Positions 29,891 to 37,925 of a stretch of 46,699 nt of DNA are shown here, piece by piece; within the stretch, counting starts at the first letter, position 1; each line of letters starts with the position of its first letter. The notes beneath the pieces are model-generated. The model was given only the letters and a program-made list of their open reading frames with translations. It did not search any database and was not told where the DNA came from. The translations under genes and the position numbers were made by a program. The stretch lies in the NCBI GenBank assembly GCA_036478295.1, contig JAZGDW010000106.1:1-46699 (forward strand), written 5' to 3'. This stretch comes from Candidatus Krumholzibacteriia bacterium (lineage in GTDB: Bacteria; Krumholzibacteriota; Krumholzibacteriia; WVZY01).

Positions 29891-31132
29891 ATGAACGAAT
29901 CCGCGCTGAAGCGCTTGCTCAACGCGATCGACGGCTACGAGAAGGAAGCGATACACCTGCAGACCGAACTGTGCAAGCTACCGGCCCTCGGGCCGGAGAA
30001 CGAGGGTCAAGGTGAGGACGCCAAGGCGAAATACCTCAAATCCTATCTCGAGGGTATCGGTATCAAGGACATCCGCCAGTACAACGCGCCGGACAAGAGG
30101 GTCCCGTGCGGCTACCGGCCCAACCTGGTCGCCGTGCTGCCCGGCAAAGTCGAGTCGCCGCGGCTGTGGATCATGACCCACATGGACGTGGTTCCGCCCG
30201 GGGATCTCAGGAAATGGACGGGCGACCCATGGACGGTGCGGGTCGACGGAGACAAGGTCATTGGCCGCGGCACCGAAGACAACCAGCAGGGAATGGTGTC
30301 CTCACTGCTGACGGCGAAGGCCTTGCTAGAGACAGGGATGTCGCCCCATGTTCCCTTCGGCCTCATCCTGTGCGCCGACGAGGAAACGGGCAGCGTACAC
30401 GGCGTTCAGTATCTCCTCGAGAACGAGAAGGACCTGTTCTCCAAGGACGATCTCATTATCATCCCGGATGCGGGCGACTCCAAAGGCACGATGGTCGAGG
30501 TGGCCGAAAAGAGTATCCTCTGGGTCCGGTTCCACACGAGCGGCAAGCAGACGCACGCTTCAACGCCAGAAAAGGGTGTGAACGCGCACAAGGCGGCCTG
30601 TTACCTGGTAACGCGCCTCGATACGCTGTACGAAAAGTTCGGCGACCGGGACGAGCTGTTTGACCCGCCGATATCGACGTTCGAGCCGACACGGAAGGAC
30701 GCCAATGTGCCCAACGTGAACACGATTCCCGGCGAGGACGTGTTCTACCTGGATTCCCGTGTCTTACCCAAGTACCAGCTGTCCGATGTGATCGATGCCA
30801 TAGCGGAATTTGTTCGCGAAACGGAAAAACGGTTCAACGTCACGATCGCCATGGAACATCCCCAGATGGAATCCGCCGCACCGCCCACTGCGCACGACGC
30901 ACCGGTGGCTCTGGCGATAACCAGGGCGGTGGAGGCACTTCGCGGCCGTAAGCCGAAGCCGATGGGTATTGGCGGCGGCACTGTTGGTAAGTACTTCAGG
31001 GAAGCCGGCTATCCTTGTGCTATCTGGGCCACGCAGGACGAAAACGCGCATGCGCCGGATGAGTACTGCAGAATTTCCGCCATGCTGGACGACGCCAAGG
31101 TCTTCGCGCACGTGGCCCTGCAGCAGGAGTAG
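29891..31132 (+). CDS. M20 family metallo-hydrolase (DapE/ArgE-like)
   Basis: Motifs THMDVVP, GRGTEDN, ADEETGS, HASTP, GGGT, NAHAPDE. Confidence 0.92.
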   Translation: MNESALKRLLNAIDGYEKEAIHLQTELCKLPALGPENEGQGEDAKAKYLKSYLEGIGIKDIRQYNAPDKRVPCGYRPNLVAVLPGKVESPRLWIMTHMDVVPPGDLRKWTGDPWTVRVDGDKVIGRGTEDNQQGMVSSLLTAKALLETGMSPHVPFGLILCADEETGSVHGVQYLLENEKDLFSKDDLIIIPDAGDSKGTMVEVAEKSILWVRFHTSGKQTHASTPEKGVNAHKAACYLVTRLDTLYEKFGDRDELFDPPISTFEPTRKDANVPNVNTIPGEDVFYLDSRVLPKYQLSDVIDAIAEFVRETEKRFNVTIAMEHPQMESAAPPTAHDAPVALAITRAVEALRGRKPKPMGIGGGTVGKYFREAGYPCAIWATQDENAHAPDEYCRISAMLDDAKVFAHVALQQE

Positions 31133-31263
31133 AGCGGAAAGATAAGCACCCGCTTACCAAAAAACATTTTTTTTGAGTATTCTTGACATTTATCGCCTTG
31201 ACTTTTCTTGTTTAATCGTTCAGTGTACGTTTGAGCATGCTTCCAAAACAGAAAGGGGCACCA

Positions 31264-32148
31264 ATGCAAGGCATCGCCTTCGGGCCGACTATTCGGCTCT
31301 TGAGACAGGCCAAGGGAATTAGTTTGAGAAAGCTGGCAAAGAAGCTGGGCGTTTCGCCCGCGTTCTTGAGCCAGATTGAAGCGGGCAGGCAACACAAGAT
31401 CCCCAAGGCCCGCATCGTTCAGGTGGCCGAGATGCTCGGCGTTTCCGACGGGTATTTGCTCGGTACCGCTCGCCAGATTCATCCAGAACTACTCGAGTTT
31501 CTGCGCGCAACCCCCGAAGCCGCTGAATTCATGTCTGTTGCAATGCACAGCGGACTGGCGCCGGAGGATTATGCCGAACTGAGAGAAGCGCTGAAAGAGA
31601 GGACAGGCAAGGGCTTTATGCGCCGTGCGACGCTGCCGGCTGCGCATAAAAAGAAGAAGACACGGAAGAAGATGTCGCAGGAGTTGGTCGAGTATCTCGA
31701 TCCGGCGCTGTGCGTGACAGGGATCATCGTACAGAACAAGGATCGGCTCTTCCAGAGATTCGCGAAACTCGTTACCAAGAAGAACAAGACGCTGTTGGCG
31801 GATGAGGTTCTGGAACGTCTCCAGCACCGGGAACGCCAGGCGCCCACCATCGTTGGTGGCGGCGTCGCCATTCCGCACGCGTTCATGTCCGACCTCGATC
31901 ACCCGATCATCGGCGCCGTGTCGTTGAAGCGCTCGGTACCGTTCACGACCAACGGGGACGGACGGGTGAAGACGGTTTTCTTCGTCATTGGCAACGAGAA
32001 CAAGCCGGAGTTTCACATTTCGATCCTGGCGCGAATCGCGCGGTTGTGCTCGACCCCGGAGTTCTTGAACGCATTCCAGGGCGCGAGGACCAATCGCGAG
32101 CTCTACAAGACGATTCTCAAGTGGGATAAGCGTATCGGGTCCGACTAG
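31264..32148 (+). CDS. XRE-family HTH fused to a PTS EIIA (Ntr/fructose-type) domain
   Basis: IRLLRQAKGISLRKLAKKLGVSPAFLSQIE (XRE). RE....T.VGGGVAIPHA and H..ILARIARL (EIIA, phospho-His retained). AAGGGG before ATG 31264. Confidence 0.85.
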   Translation: MQGIAFGPTIRLLRQAKGISLRKLAKKLGVSPAFLSQIEAGRQHKIPKARIVQVAEMLGVSDGYLLGTARQIHPELLEFLRATPEAAEFMSVAMHSGLAPEDYAELREALKERTGKGFMRRATLPAAHKKKKTRKKMSQELVEYLDPALCVTGIIVQNKDRLFQRFAKLVTKKNKTLLADEVLERLQHRERQAPTIVGGGVAIPHAFMSDLDHPIIGAVSLKRSVPFTTNGDGRVKTVFFVIGNENKPEFHISILARIARLCSTPEFLNAFQGARTNRELYKTILKWDKRIGSD

Positions 32149-32180
32149 CCTGTCGTACCATTCGCTTTCGAATCTGGCCG

Positions 32181-32217
32181 AAGAGGGCCTGCGTGACACA
32201 CGCGGGCCCTCTTTTTT
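32181..32217 (+). terminator. Rho-independent terminator
   Basis: AAGAGGGCCTGCGTG-ACA-CACGCGGGCCCTCTT followed by TTTT. Confidence 0.88.
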
Positions 32218-32218
32218 A

Positions 32219-32247
32219 TTGCAAAAGTCCTTTATTTAGCGTATCTT
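32219..32247 (+). promoter_or_regulatory. Putative sigma70 promoter for the flippase
   Basis: TTGCAA-17 nt-TATCTT. AGGAG RBS follows. Confidence 0.6.
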
Positions 32248-32267
32248 AGGGCACTTACTCAGGAGCA

Positions 32268-33794
32268 GTGGCGGCTCCTGAGCACACTCGTCCGCGTCAT
32301 CAAACCGGGAATTTGGAGTACTTGGCCCGCACCCTCAGTTATCAGGTCGGCATCCTCACGCTAGGGCGGTTCGCCGCCTACCTGGCGATGTTCTTTGTTC
32401 CGCTGGTCAACGTGCGCACGTTGAGCGTGCACGATTACGGCATCTACCGGCAATACTGGCTCCTTTTCGAGACCATATCTCCGCTGCTCATCATGTCGTT
32501 CGACCAGAGCCTGTTCTATTACCTGCCCCGGGCGCGAGATCATCGCGAGAAATCCATCTATGTGACACAAACGGTTCTCTTTCTTATCGTAATGGGAACG
32601 GTTTCCTGGGGCGTGTACGGCGTTCTGCACGCCGTCCTCGGCGAGGGCCTCGGTGGTGTGGTGAAGGAGTACTTTTGGCACCTGTGCCTGTTCACCCTGT
32701 TCATGATGACATCGCATTATATGGAGTCGCTGTTCGTCGCCGAAAAGCAGGTGGAGCGCCAGGCGCGTTACCAGGTGGTGACGTCGACGGTCCAGGCCGT
32801 CACCGTCATTCTCATCTCGTACTTCACACGGAACGTGTCGCTCCTGGTGTGGGGGCTGACCCTTTTTGCGGCCGTGAAGTTCATATTCTCGCTCGCTTAT
32901 GTGGTGAGGGTTTACCGGCCGTCCCTCAGCAAGGTCTCCATACACTCGATTCAGGAGCAGTTCTCCTACGCCCTTCCCCTGGGTATGGCGGCCATCGTAC
33001 TTCTCCTGCTCACGCAGACGGACAAATTCATCATAACGAAGGCTCTCGGGCGAGAGGCGTTCGCCATCTACTCCATTGGGGCGTTCCAGATTCCTTTTAT
33101 AGGCATCATACGGACCTCGATCACCAGTATCACCTTTCCTCTGATGGCGAAGCTGCAAAGTGAAGGCAAACATGGGGAAATCCTCGAGTTGTGGCAGCGG
33201 GCGACGCTCAAGACGGCGACGCTCTTTTTTCCCATATTTGTTCTCCTCGAAGTAGTGGCCAGACCCTTTATCACGATCCTGTTCAGGGAAACGTACGCCG
33301 CCGCCGTCCCCGTCTTCATGATCTACCTGCTGCTGTTTCTCAGAACCACGGTGGAGACGGGCGGCGTTATCATGGTCTTCAAGAAAAACCCGTTCCTGCT
33401 CAAAGTAAACCTGATCTCGTTCGTGGCCAACATTATCCTGAGCGTTCTCATGTACTTGCAGTTCGGCAGGTTGGGGGTGCCCGCCGCCACCGTGATCGTC
33501 GTTTATCTGAGAAATGGATTGAACATGATGAAAGCGGGCCAGCTGCTCGGGGTGCCGTTCTCCAGGTTGATGCCGTGGATGAGCCTCGGCAAGAGGCTCG
33601 GTCTTGCCCTGGCTGTGGGTATTCCGCTTTATATTCTGGAAAGAAATATCGCCGTGGACAATGTGATCGAGCTCGGATTAACGGGGCTGGCGTATCTGGT
33701 GGTTTATTTTGCCGTTTCCCTGCGGCTGCGCTTCATTACTATCGCGGAGATCCGGGCGATATTCGCGCGGCCCGCTGGTCCGGGAGCAGGGTAG
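32268..33794 (+). CDS. wzx: Wzx-type oligosaccharide flippase (MOP superfamily)
   Basis: About 12-14 TM segments. Motifs R.LSVHDYG.Y, FSYALPLG, TDKFII..LG...FAIYS, FPLMAK. Confidence 0.88.
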   Translation: MAAPEHTRPRHQTGNLEYLARTLSYQVGILTLGRFAAYLAMFFVPLVNVRTLSVHDYGIYRQYWLLFETISPLLIMSFDQSLFYYLPRARDHREKSIYVTQTVLFLIVMGTVSWGVYGVLHAVLGEGLGGVVKEYFWHLCLFTLFMMTSHYMESLFVAEKQVERQARYQVVTSTVQAVTVILISYFTRNVSLLVWGLTLFAAVKFIFSLAYVVRVYRPSLSKVSIHSIQEQFSYALPLGMAAIVLLLLTQTDKFIITKALGREAFAIYSIGAFQIPFIGIIRTSITSITFPLMAKLQSEGKHGEILELWQRATLKTATLFFPIFVLLEVVARPFITILFRETYAAAVPVFMIYLLLFLRTTVETGGVIMVFKKNPFLLKVNLISFVANIILSVLMYLQFGRLGVPAATVIVVYLRNGLNMMKAGQLLGVPFSRLMPWMSLGKRLGLALAVGIPLYILERNIAVDNVIELGLTGLAYLVVYFAVSLRLRFITIAEIRAIFARPAGPGAG

Positions 33795-33816
33795 ACACCT
33801 ACGTTGCGGATGCGCC

Positions 33817-36497
33817 TCACCGATTCCCCGGTTTTCGACCAATCATGATGAAGAAACCGCCCTCCTTCTGCCCGGGCGCAACTATCTGCATTGCCTGAAC
33901 CAGAAAATGCTCCAGCTTCGTTCCTCTCGGCTGGGCATCGAATAGGCTTTCGCCGCCCAGACCGTCGTCCTCTGGACGCATTGCCGGTACACCGCGAACA
34001 AACTCAAAACCGGTTTTGTCGAACCACTCCTGGACTTCGCCGAAGGTTTGCTTCGTTTCATGGGGATGGCAATACTGATCGGCGTACCACGCCCGGCGCT
34101 TATCTTCGCTCAGGCCTTCCTGCCGCAAAACGGGATCGATCCATTTTGCCCGCCCTCTCGTCACACGAAATATCTGACGGCGCACGTCGGTGGCCAATCT
34201 GGCGTACGTGTTGTAAAGTCCGATAACAATGTGTCCGCCCGGCTTTACCAATCCGGCAAGGTGTTGGAAACCCTCGAACGGATCTCTCGTCGTAAGCAGG
34301 ACACCATTACAGAGCACCACGTCGAATCGTTCCGGCCGCAGCGCCGGACGAAAGAGATTCATTTGCATGAAACGCACGCGCTCAAGGCCCGCCTCTCTTC
34401 TGAAGGATTCACCAAGCCTCAGCGAGTTGAGACACAGGTCTGCCCCGATAACTCTCCGGCACGACCTGCCCAGAAAATTCGTCAACTGGCCCGTCCCGCA
34501 CCCGACCTCGAGCACGCTGGTGTTGTATGGGATCGTCTCATCGAGACGACGGGCATAGAGCCCCTTCCTCGACTTCTCAACCAAAGATCGAAGTGAATCG
34601 TGATCGTTGTAATTGGGGAAAGGTGTCTCCTCGTAGAACGCCCGTACGATTTCCGTAATGTCCTCCCCTTCATCGCTCTTCTCATGCGGCCAGAACAATT
34701 CCGGGATGTTGTCTGTGACCGCGAAGGCTCGATGACATTTCTCACACACAAGGCTGCCGTTCTTGCTAGCCAGTTCACCGCGACAGCACGGGCTGGCCAG
34801 CTGGCCCTCAAACGGCTCGTTGGAGGTGCTGTCTTCAACTACTTCGACGGTGGCCGGCTGGGCCAGCTTTCTGAGTACGAATTTCCCCAAACACAAGACG
34901 TCTATATCCGATGTCATGAAGGTGTCATACGCCTCTTGCGGCGAGCGCACGATTGGTTCCCACGCGAGATTAAGACTCGTGATAGCCATTACCGGACACC
35001 CTGTCTTTTCATAGAATCGGGTCAGGAGTCTGTGGAGCAGCGGATTGCCAGGATTTACAAAAAGCGTGTAGGGGCTCTGCTTGTCTGGATGGACGTCAGA
35101 GTATTCGTGCACGTGCTCCTGGAGCACTACTGCAGCAAGCGGCTGAAACCCTTCCTGAAAGTTTACTTTCAGGTTGATGAGGGATTGCATCTGTGGATTC
35201 CTCGCATCTCCGAGGATACTCCGTGATCCCAACGACTGGTGTGCAAATTCCATTCTGCCCTGAAACCAACCCACGACATTCCCCTGCGCGACGGCATCGG
35301 CCACCTCGTCACACAGGGCCTCGTTGTTTTCGGAGTGTTCGTATTCGCAATCGACATTCGCCAGGAAGGCTCCGATTTCCTCATCGCTATATTCCGACCC
35401 CAGGAGAGCCCCCTGCTGATCGCCCTCGGGATCCACGTTACGTTTGTTTCCCAGGAGTTGGTACCATATGAGAAGTGCCACACCGGGTGCACACCCGGCA
35501 TCGCCCGCGGCTGGCTGGATCCAAACCTGATTGAACGGGCCCTCGCGGAGAATCCGTCTGTTTGCCGTACCGTTGAGTGCCATACGACCGGCAAGACATA
35601 GGTTTTTTAACCCTGTCTCTTCATGCACGTGCCTGGCCGCGCGCAGCATCACCTCCTCGGTCACACTCTGAATGGAAGCCGCAATATCCATCTCACGCTG
35701 CCCCGGTGAGACGGCCTGATCGCGGGGCGGTCCGCCAAAGAGCGCATGGAACTTTTTGGAAGTCATTGTCGACCAGCGACCGTAGTTGAAATACGACGTG
35801 TCCAGTTGAAACGACCCGTCCTCCTTGAGATCGATTATCTGATCCAGAATGAGGTCGGCATAACTGGGCTCTCCGTAAGGCGCCAGGCCATCAACCGGTG
35901 CTCGCCTCCGTCGACCTCGAAACCACAGTAATACGTGAACGCCGAATACAAGAGTCCCAGGGAGTGAGGAAAGCGCTGCTCGTGTGTGAGTTCCACTCGA
36001 TTCTCGCGGCCCACGCCGTAGGCGGCTGTCGCCCACTCACCCTCCCCATCGAGGGTCAAAATCGCCGCCTCCTCGAACGGGGATGGAAAAAACGCGCTAG
36101 CCGCGTGCGATTCCTGGTGTTCGGCGAAGAGGCAACGCTTCTTGAATGCCTTCTGCAATCCGCGGTTTATCTCGCGTCGAACGTGAAGTTTCCGCTTCAG
36201 CCACAGCGGTATCGTGTTCACAAACGATCGAAAGCCGAGAGGGGCGTGGGAAAGATAGGTTTCCAGCAGGCGGTCGAACTTCAGGTAGGGTTTGTCGTAG
36301 AAACCAACGTAGTCGAGTTGATCGGGGCTCAGCCCGCCCGCCTTGAGGCAGTACTCAATGGCATTGATCGGAAAGTCGTCATCGTGCTTCTTGCGTGTGA
36401 AGCGTTCTTCCTGGGCGGCGGCTACAATACGGCCGTCGACCAGGAGTGCCGCCGCCGAATCATGATAGAAAGCTGAGATACCGAGAATCGCGGTCAC
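33817..36497 (-). pseudogene. Frameshifted, degenerate paralog of the carbamoyltransferase-Trm112-methyltransferase fusion (methyltransferase half is an open frame)
   Basis: Aligns end to end with 37926-40802. There is a 1-nt deletion near 35888 (ATG GGC CTG becomes ATG GC CTG), an in-frame deletion of about 47 codons near 35050, and decayed motifs (KFRE>NFQE, NTSFN>ITSLN, GPRALG>AHQSLG). Confidence 0.85.
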
Positions 36498-36538
36498 CTG
36501 ATGTCCCCGATCTAAGTGAGTTATGCGTGGTGATCCCC

Positions 36539-36570
36539 TTCAGTTTATCAAAATATCATGCTAAACTCAA
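36539..36570. promoter_or_regulatory. Symmetric divergent promoter/operator
   Basis: AGTTTATCA-N8-TGCTAAACT gives a TGnTAAACT extended -10 on each strand. Confidence 0.5.
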
Positions 36571-36609
36571 GCGAGCGGTTCAACATTGCGATCTCGAGGG
36601 GGGAAACAC

Positions 36610-37815
36610 GTGAGCATCCGGCGCGGTGGTGCGTTTCACATCATCAAGCGGGCGTTGATACTGACACGGAACGTATGGATCATCGGCGGATTGGTCCTGG
36701 TTCTGCTGGCAATCATCGAGCTCGCGAGCGGCATCATTGTCAATACCAAGCAAAAGTTGACGACACCCGCTATTGACTCGCGTGTTAACGCGGACAGTTA
36801 CCGCGGCGCGACGTGGACAGAAGACTACTACGGGGAGTTCGGCGAAATCACGCTTCGTTGGAAGCCGTACGTGCATTATCAAAGAAAACCGTTCCAGGGC
36901 GAATACATAACTGTTGACGAGCAGGGCCACCGCGGGACGGTCTATCCCAGGCTCCGCGACTCACAATCCACGCCGCTCCGGGTCTTCATGTTCGGTGCAT
37001 CGACGATGTGGGGAACGGGAGCAAGGGACGAATACACAGTCGCATCGTTGGTTGGCAAGATTCTCTCTGAAAAGGGGGTTGCCGCCGACGTCACGAACTT
37101 CGCGGAGTCCGGGTACGTGAGCACGCAGGAAGTCATCGCGCTCTTGCTGGAGCTTCGAGGGGGAAACATACCCGATGTGGTCGTTTTTTACGATGGAATC
37201 GGTGATGCCTTTGCGGCATTTCAGAGCGGTGTCGCGGGACGGCCCATGAATGAATACAGGAGGATTCGCGAATTCAATCTGTTGCACGAGTCCAGAACTC
37301 GAGACTTGACGAAAATGTACATTCTCAGCCACCTGGAGCGCTCGAACACGGTCAGGTTGCTTCAGGCCATCGTGAGGCGATTGCGGCCGGATGCTGAGTT
37401 TCGAGGCCGGCTAACAGACAGCGGGCGTGAAGCGGGCGATTCAGCGACTGTCGAGGAGGATGTCGTAGATACGTGGATCGCGAACATGCGAATCGTCAAG
37501 CGCCTGGGCGAGGCATACGGTTTTACCCCCATCCTTTACTGGCAGCCAGTGATCTTCACAAAAGACGAATTGAGCGAGTATGAACAAAAAGAGCTCGAGA
37601 AGAAACAATCCATGGAAGCATTCTTTCTAAAAACGTACGCCTACATGAAACGCAGCCACGAGAGGCTTGCAGGGCAGCATTTCCATGACATCAGCGACAT
37701 CTTCAAGGACGCGAAGGAGCCTTACTACATCGACTTTGCCCACGTGTCCGAGTCGGCCAACGAAGTGTTGGGGCGGCGCATGGCGGCCGATATCCTGGAA
37801 ACAACGGGTAAATAA
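36610..37815 (+). CDS. Membrane-anchored SGNH/GDSL family protein
   Basis: One N-terminal TM helix, block I FGASTMWG, block III-like DVVVFYDGIGD, block V DFAH. GAGGGGG RBS before GTG 36610. Confidence 0.85.
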   Translation: MSIRRGGAFHIIKRALILTRNVWIIGGLVLVLLAIIELASGIIVNTKQKLTTPAIDSRVNADSYRGATWTEDYYGEFGEITLRWKPYVHYQRKPFQGEYITVDEQGHRGTVYPRLRDSQSTPLRVFMFGASTMWGTGARDEYTVASLVGKILSEKGVAADVTNFAESGYVSTQEVIALLLELRGGNIPDVVVFYDGIGDAFAAFQSGVAGRPMNEYRRIREFNLLHESRTRDLTKMYILSHLERSNTVRLLQAIVRRLRPDAEFRGRLTDSGREAGDSATVEEDVVDTWIANMRIVKRLGEAYGFTPILYWQPVIFTKDELSEYEQKELEKKQSMEAFFLKTYAYMKRSHERLAGQHFHDISDIFKDAKEPYYIDFAHVSESANEVLGRRMAADILETTGK

Positions 37816-37858
37816 GAGGATCCACAGGGAAGGACCCGCCATAACGGGCCTTCGCCCC

Positions 37859-37888
37859 TTGCCTTGGGGCCTCCATCTATGCTAAAAT
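37859..37888 (+). promoter_or_regulatory. Putative promoter for the carbamoyltransferase gene
   Basis: TTGCCT-18 nt-TAAAAT, with a TG extension. Confidence 0.5.
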
Positions 37889-37925
37889 GAATGATTTAGG
37901 CATCTGAAGGCTCGCGGAGTTCTGC

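Noticed and set aside
35870..35900. Programmed ribosomal frameshift or slipped-strand phase variation at the pseudogene break
   Set aside because: No slippery heptamer or long homopolymer; it is only GGG reduced to GG.
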